From Candidatus Krumholzibacteriota bacterium (GTDB lineage Bacteria; Krumholzibacteriota; Krumholzibacteriia; JAJRXK01), in the NCBI GenBank assembly GCA_963727455.1, contig CAVSGG010000001.1:66743-130742 (forward strand): DNA of 64,000 nt, read 5' to 3'. Position numbers and translations under genes: made by a program. Each line of letters opens with the position of its first letter. Within the stretch, counting starts at the first letter, position 1. The notes beneath the pieces are model-generated. The model worked only from the letters and a program-made list of their open reading frames with translations. It made no database searches and had not been told where the DNA came from. Positions 50,256 to 61,122 of the stretch are shown here, piece after piece.

Positions 50256-52645
50256 TCACAGCTCCTGCCGGCGCAGGCGCAGTGCGTTGCTGATGACGGA
50301 GACCGAGCTGAAGCTCATGGCCGCCGCGGCGATCATGGGATTCAAGAGCAATCCGAACACGGGGTAGAGGACGCCGGCCGCCAGGGGGATTCCCAGCGTG
50401 TTGTAGCCAAAGGCGAAGAAGAGATTCTGCCGGATGTTGCTCATGGTGAGCTCGCTCAGGCGACGGGCCCTGAGAATGCCGCTCAGCTCGCCCCTGACCA
50501 GCGTGACGGCAGCGCTCTCCATGGCGACGTCGGTACCGGTGCCCATGGCGATTCCCACGTCCGCCCGCGCGAGGGCGGGCGCGTCGTTGATGCCGTCTCC
50601 CGCCATGGCCACGATTCTTCCCTGCGCCTGGAGTTCCCGCACCACTTCCTCTTTGCGGTCCGGGAGCACGCCGGCCTCGACTTCGGTGATCTGCAGTTCC
50701 GACGCCACCGCGCGCGCGGTCACCGGATTGTCGCCGGTGAGCATGACGACCCGCATTCCACTCTCGCGCAGTTCCTTGATCGTCTCGGTCGCACCTTCTT
50801 TGATCGGATCAGCCACCACGAGCAGCCCCGCCAGGGCGCCATCGAGAGCGACGAACATCACGGTCTGGCCCTTCGAACGCAGCGAGTTCACGCGGGAATC
50901 ATCCTGAGTTCCCCCCACGCCCAAATCCTGCAGAAGGCTCTCGTTGCCCAGGGCGACATTCCTGCCCTGCACTCTGCCGCTGACCCCCTGACCGGTATGA
51001 CTTTGAAAGTCCTTGGCCTCCGCCAGCTCGAGTTCACGCTCACGGGCCGCGTCGACGATTGCCTGAGCCAGGGGGTGCTCGCTGCCGCGCTCGAGACTGG
51101 CGGCCAGGCGCAATACTTCCTCTTCGGGATGGCCACGCAGTGGGTGCACCGCGACCAGGCGCGGCTTGCCCTCGGTCAGAGTCCCGGTCTTGTCCACGAC
51201 CAGAGTGTCGACCTTGCGCAAATGTTCGATGGCCTCGGCATTCTTGAAGAGCACGCCCACGGTGGCGCCCTTTCCCGTCGCGACCATGATCGACATGGGA
51301 GTGGCCAGTCCCAGGGCACAGGGACACGCGATGATGAGCACTGCCACCGCGTTGATGAGCGCGTAGACCATTCTGGGCTCGGGGCCGACGAGGGCCCAGA
51401 CGACGAAGGTCACGATGGCGGCCAAGATGACGCTGGGGACGAAGTACGCGGCCACCCTGTCCGCGACTCTCTGGATGGGAGCGCGGCTGCGTTGGGCGGC
51501 CGCCTACCATCTGGACGATTTGCGAGAGGAGAGTTTCGCTGCCCACCTTCTCCGCCCGAATCACCATGGACCCGGTGGCGTTGAGGGTGGCGCCGATGAC
51601 CGAGTTGCCCGGCCCCTTCTCCACCGGCATGGGTTCGCCGGTGACCATGCTCTCGTCGACCGAGCTACGCCCCTCCTCGACGCTTCCGTCGATCGGGATC
51701 TTTTCTCCGGGACGTACCCGCAAACGATCGCCGAGCTCGACTTGGTCGAGCGGAATCTCCTCGTCGTTGCCGCTGGAATCGATGCGTCGCGCGGTCTTGG
51801 GCGCGAGGCCCAAGAGACTTCGGATGGCGGCGCCGGTGCTGCTGCGCGCGCGCAGTTCGAGCACTTGTCCCAAAAGGACCAAAGTGGTGATCACTGCGGC
51901 CGCCTCGAAGTAGACCGCGACGGTCCCTCCCTCGCCCCGAAAGGAGGCCGGGAAACGCGAGGGGATGCTCATGGCCACCACGCTGTAGCTCCAGGCCACC
52001 CCCACGCCGAATCCGATGAGAGTGAACATGTTCAAGGAGAAATGAAGGATCGAGTTCCAGGCGCGCACCAAGAGGGGCCAGCCGCAGTAGAGAACCACCG
52101 GCGTGCTCAAGGCGAATTCCAAAATGATGCGCGCCCTGGTGGGTGATGAGTCCGCCGAAGGCGTGGGACACGAAGTCGCCGGCCATGGCGCTCAGCAAGA
52201 CGGGCAGACTCAGGGCCGCCGCGATCCAGAAGCGGCGCCTCATGTCCAGGTACTCCGCGCGGCTAAAGTCGTCCTCCTCCTCGCTCACTTCCATCGGCTC
52301 GAGCGCCATCCCGCATTTGGGACAGGAACCGGGGCCATCGTTCACCACTTCCGGGTCCATGGGACAGGTGTACTTCGCGCCCGAGGCGGCCGCTCTCGCC
52401 TTCGACTTGGCGGGTCCATCGCCCCCTGCAGCGTGTCGTGCGGGTTCGTGGTGCGCGGCATGGGACTCATCCGCGGTGCGCGACTTGAGGTACTTCTCGG
52501 GCTCGGCATCGAATTTCTGTTTGCAGCCGCCGCAGCAGAACTCGTAGCGCTGGCCCTCGTGCACCGAATGCGGATTGTCCGGGTTCGCAGTGATCGTCAT
52601 CCCGCAAACGGGATCTTTCATCGTCTTGGAGGTCTCTTCCCTCAT
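50256..52645 (-). CDS. copA: Cu(I)-translocating P1B-type ATPase with YHS and heavy-metal-binding domains (frameshifted)
   Basis: KDPVCGM/CCGGC, CPMDP..CPKCGM, TGEP, ACPCALG, DKTGT, SEHP, GDGIND, YN and MSFSS; spread over three ORF fragments. Confidence 0.9.
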
Positions 52646-55600
52646 GCTAGTTCTCCGACTTTCCTGAACTTCTGCCCCAATTCGGCTTTCCAGCAATAGA
52701 GTACAGGTACGATGAATTGGGTGATGAGCGCCAAGACCATTCCCCCGAAGGAGGGGATGGCCATGGGCACCATGATGTCGCTCCCGCGTCCCGTCGAACT
52801 CAGAACCGGTAGCAGGGCCAAGACGGTGGTCGCCGTGGTCATCAGGCAGGGACGAATCCGGCGCGTGCCCGCCACGACCGTGGCCTCACGAATCTCCGCC
52901 ACCGACTGTGGCCGGTGCTGGCGAAAGGACTGTTGTAAGTAGACTGCGACAACCACTCCGTTGTCACTGGCGATTCCGAAGAGCGCGATGAATCCCACCC
53001 AGATGGCCACGCTGAGATTGATGGGATGGACCTGAAAGAGGTCGCGCAGATTCGTGCCGAAGACCGAGAAGTTCAAGAACCAGGGCTGGCCGTAGAGTCC
53101 GATCATGAGAAAGCCGCCGGCCCAGGCCACGAAGATTCCCGAGAACACCATCAGGGTGGTGGAGACCGAGCGGAACTGGAAGTAGAGGATGAGGAAGATG
53201 AGGAAGAGGGCCAGAGGCAAGACGACCTTCAGGCGTCTCTCGCTGCGCACCTGGTTCTGGTAGCTGCCGGCGAAGGAATAGCTCACACCCTTGGGCAGAA
53301 CCAGCTCACCGGAGTCGATCTTCCCCTGGATGATTTTCCTCGCGTCGTTCACCACCTCCACCTCGGCATGTCCGGGCTTCTTGTCGAAGAGCACGTAGCC
53401 CACGAGGAAGGTGTCCTCGCTCTTGATTACCTGGGGGCCGCGCACGTAGCGGATCTTCGCGAGCTGGATGAGGGGAATCTGCGCGCCCTGGGGTGAGGGC
53501 ACGAGAATGCCGCCCAGACTCTCGATGCTGTCGCGCAGTTCGCGCTGGTAACGCACGCGCACCGGATAGCGCTCGCGGCCTTCCACCGTGGTGGTGATGC
53601 GTTTGCCACCAATCGCGACTTCGATCACGTTCTGCACGTCTTGCACGTGCAAGCCGTAGCGGGCAATTTCATCGCGGTCGATTTCGATCTCCAGGTAGGG
53701 CTTGCCCACGATACGATCGGCGAACACCGCCGAGGGTTCCACCGAGGGGACCGTCTTGAGAATCCCTTCGAGCTTCAGGCCGACATCCTGAATGGTCTGA
53801 AGGTCGGGACCCTTCACCTTGATGCCCATGGGGGCGCGCATCCCGCTCTGCAGCATGACGATGCGCGCCGCGATGGGCTGTAACTTGGGTGCCGAGGTGG
53901 TGCCGGGAATCTTGGCGACCTTGACGATCTCATTCCAGATGTCGTCGGCGGAATGGATGGAGTCGCGCCACTGGCGATAGGGACGCCCGCGGGAGTCGGG
54001 AATGAGCTGTCCGGCGTCATCGCGCACATAATCACCGTCGCGGTACTTGAAACGCAGGCGATGTCCGTTCACGTCGACGCGGTACTCGGGGAGATAGTTG
54101 ATCACCGCTTCCACCATCGAAATGGGGGCGGGATCGAGCGGAGTGTCGGCGCGGCCGATCTTCCCTACCACCGACTCCACTTCGGGAATCGACTGAATCG
54201 CCTCGTCGAGCTTGGCCACGACGTCGAGCGATTCCCCGATGGACGCGTGCGGCATGGTAGTGGGCATGTAGAGGAAGCTGCCCTCATCCAGATCGGGCAT
54301 GAACTCCTTGCCCAGCCCGCGCCACACCTGCCAACCCAGGACCATGAGAATGACGGGCAGGCTCAGAAAGAGCAGCTTGTGCGAGAGGCACCAGCGAAGA
54401 ATGCGGCCGTAGGCGCGGATGAAGAACGAGAAAAGAAAGAGCAGTCCCAGGATGATGGCGAAGAGGAAGATGGCATTGCGCAGCGAAGCCCTTGGCCGGA
54501 CCCAGCGGAAGCCAGGTGGAGGTCAAGAGCAGGCCGACCGCGATCAGAACGATCCAGTTGGCGGAAGCGGACAGCGCGCGGCGCACTCGCGTGAAGAGTC
54601 TCCCGGGCGCACCGGACTTCCAGGCGAGCACCGGCTTGAAGAACGCAGCCGGTTTGCGCTGAGCGCTCGGGCTTGAAGGGCAAGCGTAGTTTGCCGCGTC
54701 CTCCCAAGAGCATGTGGGCGAAGGCCGGCATCAGGGTCAGAGAGACGATGAGCGAGGCGACCAGCGCGAAGGTCTTGGTGTAGGCCAGGGGCTTGAAGAG
54801 TTTTCCTTCGGCGGCGGTCATGGTGAAGACGGGCAGAAAGCTCACCACCGTGGTGGCGACTGCCGTGACCACTGCCCCGCCGACTTCGCTGGCCGCGCCA
54901 AAGATGATCTCTCTCTTGTTCGCGCCGGGAGGAGCTTCGGCCAAATGGCGCAACATGTTTTCGCTCAGGATCACCCCCATGTCGACCATGGTGCCGATCG
55001 CGATCGCGATGCCCGAAAGTGCGACGACGTTGGCGTCGACGTGAAAGAGCTTCATGGCGATGAAGGCCATGAGCACCGCCACCGGCAAGAGCCCCGAGAC
55101 CAGCATGCTGGTCTTCAAGTGCCGCACCATGAAGATCACCACGATGATGGTGATCAGGATTTCCAGAATCAGGGCTTCCTGGAGCGTCCCCAGGGTCTCG
55201 TGGATGAGACCGGTGCGATCGTAGAAGGGGACGATGGTAACTTTCGACACCGTGCCATCGGGGAGGGTCTTGGAGGGCAGCCCGGGGGCGATCTCGGCGA
55301 TCTTCTTTTTCAGGCGATCGATGGTGGCCAGCGGATTCTCGCCGTAGCGAACCACGACCACTCCGCCCACCGCTTCGGCGCCGCCCTTGTCCAGGGCGCC
55401 ACGGCGCAGTGCCGGCCCCAGACTGACGGTGGCGATGTCCTTGATGGTGACCGGAGTGTTGTCCACTTGGGTGACGACCGACTTTTCGATGTCCCCCAGG
55501 TTCTTGATGAAGCCGATGCCGCGGATCACGTACTCGGCCTTGTTTACTTCGATGGTGCGCGCGCCCACGTCGACGTTGGATTCGCGCACCGACTGAAACA

Positions 55601-56276
55601 CTTGCTCGAGCGTGACCCCATAGGCGCGCATCGCATCGGGATCGACGTCGATCTGGTACTCCTTGACGAAGCCACCCACCGAGGCAACTTCCGAGACTCC
55701 CTCCACCCCCTGCAGGGCGTAGCGCACGTACCAGTCCTGCACCGAGCGAAGTTCGTCGAGATCCCAGCCCCCGGCGGGATTTCCCTGAGGATCGCGCCCT
55801 TCCAGGGTGTACCAGTACACCTGTCCCAACGCCGTTGCATCCGGACCGAGTTGCGGTTGCACCCCTTGCGGCAGGGTTCCCGCCGGCAGACTGTTCAACT
55901 TCTCCAAGAGGCGGGAGCGCGACCAGTAGAACTCCACGTTTTCCTTGAAGATCACGTAGACGGTGGAGAAGCCGAACATCGAATAGCTGCGGATGGTCTT
56001 CACGCCCGGAATTCCCAAAAGGGCAACCGTGAGCGGATAACCGATCTGGTCCTCGACGTCCTGTGGACTGCGGCCGGGCCAGGCGGTGAACACGATCTGT
56101 TGGTTCTCCCCGATGTCGGGGATGGCGTCGACGGGAACCGGATCACGCGGCAGGCCGTGCGCGTTCCAGGGGAAGGGCGCCACCATGATACCCCAGACGA
56201 TCACCGCCAAAAGGCCCAGAACCACCACCAGTTTGTTGTCCATGCAGAAGCGGATGATGCGGTCGGTCAGACTCAC
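52642..56276 (-). CDS. cusA: CusA/CzcA family heavy-metal RND permease (frameshifted near 54480-54660)
   Basis: DAIPDIGENQQIV, GPDATALGQ, AIAIGTMVD, FMPDLDEG, RIRPCLMT. Confidence 0.9.
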
Positions 56277-57851
56277 TGCTCATCCCCCTCGTGCTCGTGC
56301 ATGGAAGGCATCGACTTCTGCGTGGAGTCCTTACTCGTCGCCGAGTCTTCGTCGGGGGAGGACATCATGGAGGGCTTTGCCTGAATCTGCATGGCGCTGT
56401 CGATCTTGAATGCCCCGTTCGTCACCACGAGTTCGCCTTCGCGCAGGCCCTCGTTGACGATGTACTGGTCGCCAGCGCGCGGGCCGAGCACCACCTCGCG
56501 TCCCTCGAAGCGCGGCTCGTCTCCCGGAAGGCGGACATACACCACGGCGCGTTTACCGGTGATGAGCGGGGCGGAGGCGGGAATGAGCAGTGGCGGCTTT
56601 TCGTTCGCGCCCACCACCGAGTAGCCCAGGCTCTTGGCGGTCACCAGAGTCATGCCGCAGATGTCGCAGTTGCCCGGTTTGTCCTTCACCACATCGGGAT
56701 GCATGGGGCAGATCCACTTGCCAGCCAAATCCGCTTCCATCACGCGTCCCTGGGCGGCGATGGTGCTGCGAACGGTAGCGTGTACGAAGACCCCGGGCTT
56801 GAGCAGCTCGCCCTCGTTCTTCACGTTCACGCGCACTTTGGCGGTGCGGGTCCTGGGATCGAGCACGGGCGAGATGAACGAGATGCGACCCTCGAATTTC
56901 CTTCCCGGATAGGCCTCGGCGGTGAACTCGACCTTCTGACCGTAGCGAATCCACACCAGGTCGCTCTCATAGGCGTCCAGATTCACCCAAAGTTGAGTGA
57001 GGTCGGCGATCTCGTAGATGACCTGCCCGGTCTTCACGTAATCCCCCTGCATGGCGCTCTTTTTCACCACCACGCCATCCAGAGGCGCGTAAATGGTCAC
57101 GTGATCCTCGGCGTGCTCTCTTTTCTCGATGCGCGCGATCTGCTCTTCGGTGAGGCCGAACAGCCGCAGCTTCTCACGCGCGGCACCCACCGTCTCTTTG
57201 GCCGTGCTCTTCAACAGCTTGATCGAGCTGCCCTGAAGACTCTCCTGCGCGCGAAGAGCTTGGATGAGCTCCTCCTGCGTGCTCACGAGCTCGGGACTGT
57301 AAATCGAGACCAGGTGATCGCCCTTGCGCACGCGAATGCCGGTGTAGTCGACGTAGAGGCGGTCGAGGCGGCCGGGAACCCAGGCCGAGATGGTCTTCAG
57401 CTTGGTCTCGTCGAAGTCGATCTTCCCCACCAGGCGCACCTGCTTCTCCGCGTCCCCGCGCACCACCGGCGTGGTCTGGATTTCCGCCAGGGCCACCGCG
57501 TCCCTGGAGAGGCTCAGGGTGGGAGGGCCGGTCTCCGTGCCCTCCCCCATGCTCGTCTTCGCATCCGGCGTTCACGCTGCCCCCTCCGGCTGCGCCGGAC
57601 TCGGTCTTCACCGGAATGAGATCCATCCCGCAGATCGGGCACTTGCCCGGATGCGGCAACTTGATCTGCGGGTGCATCGAACAGGTCCAGAGGGTCTCCG
57701 CGCCGCCGCCGGTGTCGGACGCGGCTTGGTCATGCGCGTTGCTCACCGCGGTGTCCTCGTGTCCGTGGGTGTGGAGGAGTTGCCCGCCCAGAAAGCCCAC
57801 GACCAGAATGGCCAGGCCGAGAACGATCAATACGTCGGTGCGGCGTGTCAT
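56273..57851 (-). CDS. cusB: CusB-like RND periplasmic adaptor with two heavy-metal-binding domains (frameshift near 57570)
   Basis: WTCSMHP..CPICGM; IYSPEL; TRTAKVR; WICPMHP..CDICGM. Confidence 0.88.
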
Positions 57852-59269
57852 TGCGGATCTCCTTCGTCATCCAGGGACTTCCCCATCAGCGAGGCAAGCT
57901 GCACGATTCGCTCCCCGCGATCGGCTTCGGCGCGCGCGTGCTCCAATTCGAATTGCAGCAGGGTGCGTTGCGCGTCGATGTAATCCAGATAGCTGAGATT
58001 GCCGGTCTGAAATCCGGTCGCGCTGGCCTGCAACGCCTGCTTGGCCTTGGGCACCAGATCTTTCCCGTAGAGCTCGATCTTTCGTTCCGCGTCGTGCAAT
58101 TGGAAGACGGTCTCGTCGACCTTGGCGAGCAGCGCCAGCTCCTTTGCGGCGCGTTCGTGTTGTGCCTGACGCTTGCGCGCGCGCTGCGCGTTCACCTCGC
58201 CGGAGTATTTCCCGCGCCACAGAGGTAGCTTCACCGCCACGGTCGCCATCCAGGCATCCTTGCCCTGGCCGGGGAAGCTGGTCAGCTCGGACGTGCCGGT
58301 GAGAATGGTCGAAACACCCAAGGTGAAGTCGGGATAGCCGTCGCGTTTGGCGGCGGTGATGCTCTTGCTCAGAGCGTCGAGTCGATGATCGATGGCCTTC
58401 AGCTCAGGATTGTTTTGGGCGAGGGCGCGGTGGAGTTCGTCCTCCGTGGGAGGAGTGAACGCAGGTTGCTCGAGTGAGACCGGCCAGGGAAGCGGGGCAT
58501 CGGCGCCGCGACCCAGAGTTTCGTTCAGGCGTGAGGCGAGGGGCCGTCGGCGGTCCTTCAAAGTGCGCAGGCGATCTTCGAGTACTCCCAGCTCCACCTG
58601 GGCCTTGATGACGTTCGCGTAGGAAGCGGACTCGGTGCGGTAGCGCGCGCGCATGACGCTCTCCTGGTAGCGCATGAGCTCCAGGTTTTCCTGGGTGACC
58701 GCGATGGCCGAGCCGAGGTAGGCGTACTCATAGTAGGCCTTGGCCACCCGCTCGAAGAGATCGAGTCGCGCCTGCTCGAGCGATGCGCGGGCGGCCTTGG
58801 CTCGTTCTGCCTGGGCGTCGCTGCGCGCCGAGAGCTTGCCGAACCAAGGGATGGCCTGGCTGAGGGCGATGCGCTGCTCCTGCGGGCCGACCGCGGTCTC
58901 CACCGACTGCAGGTAGTAGCCATAACTCAGCACCGGATCGGGCCAGCCGCCGGCCTGGGCCACCAGGCTCAATTGCGCCTGCCAATTTTCGTAACGCGCA
59001 GCCAGGCCGGGGTTGTTCAGCGCGGCCAGGTGGAAGAAGTCCTCGAGGCGCGGGTTGGCCGGCAGCTGCGCCTCTTGACCGGGCGTGGGCGCGGACGCGG
59101 GTGCGGACGCGGGCGGGCTGGCTTCCGCGATGGCAGCGCTCGCGCTCGCCTGGGAGCGGAGGGGCAAGCAGATGAGGAGGCCGAGAAACAGCGCGAGGAG
59201 GCTGAGTCGGCCCCGCGGATCGTGGATCTTGGATTGGATACAGAAGAAGAGCGTGCGCGCATTGCTCAT
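57848..59269 (-). CDS. TolC/CusC family outer-membrane efflux protein
   Basis: NNPGL, PDPVL, SQAIPWFGK, YPDF, LPLW OEP repeats; overlaps the cusB start (ATGA). Confidence 0.87.
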   Translation of the reverse strand: MSNARTLFFCIQSKIHDPRGRLSLLALFLGLLICLPLRSQASASAAIAEASPPASAPASAPTPGQEAQLPANPRLEDFFHLAALNNPGLAARYENWQAQLSLVAQAGGWPDPVLSYGYYLQSVETAVGPQEQRIALSQAIPWFGKLSARSDAQAERAKAARASLEQARLDLFERVAKAYYEYAYLGSAIAVTQENLELMRYQESVMRARYRTESASYANVIKAQVELGVLEDRLRTLKDRRRPLASRLNETLGRGADAPLPWPVSLEQPAFTPPTEDELHRALAQNNPELKAIDHRLDALSKSITAAKRDGYPDFTLGVSTILTGTSELTSFPGQGKDAWMATVAVKLPLWRGKYSGEVNAQRARKRQAQHERAAKELALLAKVDETVFQLHDAERKIELYGKDLVPKAKQALQASATGFQTGNLSYLDYIDAQRTLLQFELEHARAEADRGERIVQLASLMGKSLDDEGDPQ

Positions 59270-59309
59270 ACTGGATTCCCGGGCTGAGGGGAGAATAATC
59301 CCTTGCAGG

Positions 59310-59324
59310 GCATTGAGGATGCCA
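59310..59324 (-). promoter_or_regulatory. sigma54 -24/-12 promoter for cusCBA-copA
   Basis: Minus strand TGGCATCCTCAATGC (GG-N10-GC), 40 nt upstream of cusC. Confidence 0.62.
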
Positions 59325-59407
59325 GAGCAAGGAGCATCCAGTAAGTTCTTTTATGACTGTAGGTTCCCTGGCCGAGGGGGGCTCGGCCCCAGAGCATATG
59401 TGTTGGA

Positions 59408-59420
59408 TATCAAGCAATTG
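59408..59420 (+). promoter_or_regulatory. IHF binding site
   Basis: TATCAAGCAATTG is an exact match to WATCAANNNNTTR. Confidence 0.55.
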
Positions 59421-59482
59421 GTCTCAGGATTGATGCATATCCAACGGGCGGGCTTCAGGGTCCCCGGGTCGGGCGCCGCCGA

Positions 59483-59660
59483 TTTCTCGCCGGCGACAAA
59501 ACTCAAGTCCTTGTCATGGAAGCCGATGGGCGGGGACCGCTTGTCTACCCGGGTACACTCGTTCCGTGGCGTACTTGTCTACCCGGGTACACGCCCGCAG
59601 GGCTCCGCGATCTACCCGGGTACACTCGTCTCGTAAGGTACTTTTATAGCCGGCTATAAA
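59483..59660. repeat. Array of five 18-bp CCGG-centred near-palindromes, four phased at 33-34 bp
   Basis: Copies at 59483, 59542, 59576, 59609, 59643; core TCTACCCGGGTACAC present three times. Confidence 0.85.
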
Positions 59661-59706
59661 CCGGAGGGCGGAAGTGCGTGCGAACCCGCGCGCGCCTTGG
59701 CTCGCG

Positions 59707-60888
59707 CTAGTGCCCACTGAAACGCGCTTTGAGCTTCCCAAAGCTCGTGCCTTCTGCTGGGACCGGCTCTCCTGCGAAGGGCTCGAAATCAATCAAGGCC
59801 GCGCAGTGTGATGCTGTCATCGTGATTGTCCCAGATCGCGATCGGCGATTACCGCCGGATCTGTCGTTCCCCAGTAGTTGTTCGTGAAATCGTAGTGCTT
59901 AATCTCGTACTGCGGGTGTCCGGTCAGATAGGCCAGATATCCCTGTGGAGAGATCAGATCATTGGAATTGATGTGAACTGTGCTTGGAGAGCGAATCCAT
60001 ATCCCATAGAGCTGTGAGTCCAGCAGTCTGTTCTGATGCATGTCGACTGTGGCATAGCTGTTGATGTCGAAGTGCCAGCCGTTGTTGCGCAGGGTGTTGT
60101 CGGCGATCGTCACTACCGTGCCGCTCTCGATCAGAGTGATCCCTCCGTACTGAACGTTCTCAATTATGCAATTCTCCACAACTCCGGGACAGTTGTCGAA
60201 CAAGATGCCTCCCCTTCCACCTACAAAATGGTAGTCCGCTAACATGAGCCTCTTCGTGAGAGTTAAAGCTAATCCCGCTCTTGTTGTCGACAAAGTCACA
60301 ATGGGTGATTTGCGCCGCCGAAGAGGTGTAAACAACGCCAACTCCATTGTCATTGGTGCTTACGAAGCACTTGTCAATCGTCACTGGACCCTCGGCTGTA
60401 ACTCCTTCCATACAGTATTGAGCTACACAGTCTTCGATATAGAAGTCACCCAGCGTGTATGCGCCAACCCAAGTGTTCTCAAATGTCAGTTTTTCAATGT
60501 GAGTGGTGCCGACGTTTTCGGCGACCACTAGTCCCACAGGATCTCCTTGGGCGGTAGCGGGAACACTCGGGCCGATAATGACAGAATCTCGGTCCATCCC
60601 CATGATGGTCAGATTGTCCACCCTCACTACGAGATGGGCATCGCGGGGTACTCCGCTGTTGAAAGCAAAGTCCGTGACTTCTTCGTATCGTCCCGGCCCA
60701 ATCAGCAGAGTGTCTCCCGCCGCTGCGGCATCCGCTGCTGGCTGCAGTAAGGTGTAATCTCCGCTTCCGTCCTTCATCACGGTGATGGTGTTGGACCAGG
60801 CCACGCCGGCGCTCTGGCAGAGAAGCCAAAGCACTGCCGCGGCCAAAGACGAGTTCCAGTTCCCTGCAATTGCGATGAGCCTGCGCAT
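59707..60888 (-). CDS. Secreted right-handed parallel beta-helix protein (about 3 frameshifts) with C-terminal SFGKLKARF motif
   Basis: Signal peptide; TITVMKDGSGDY..LQ.A.DAAAAGDTLLIGPG.Y cap; Asn-rich repeats; NNYWG; visibly lower GC than flanks. Confidence 0.72.
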
Positions 60889-61122
60889 AAAAGGGCCTTC
60901 AGTCGCAGTTCCGTGGGCTTCAAGCTCGCCGAGGGCCGCAATCGGCCAACGCGCTGCCCTCCCCCAGCGCTCGAAGCCAGTTCTCGAGCTCCATTCTAGC
61001 ACAGCCTGCGGCGAGGCCGATCCCCCATTGGCGGGCCTGGAAGACGGGCTTAGACTACTGCCCAACCAAAACGAAGAGAAAGAAGCCGCGGAGAAGACAC
61101 AACCGCCACAAAAGGAGTCCAC

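Noticed and set aside
54714-56384. Long antisense ORFs (also 7152-8603, 9765-11075, 22054-23511, 50184-51584)
   Set aside because: Shadow frames of real genes in GC-rich DNA with no recognisable motifs
59540-59626. Possible mini-CRISPR array
   Set aside because: Repeats (15-19 bp) and spacers (15-18 bp) are too short and no cas gene is in the window; kept as an operator-like array
40549-60888. Programmed frameshifting or phase variation
   Set aside because: Breaks are numerous, and those I inspected are not at slippery heptamers or long repeat tracts; error or decay is simpler
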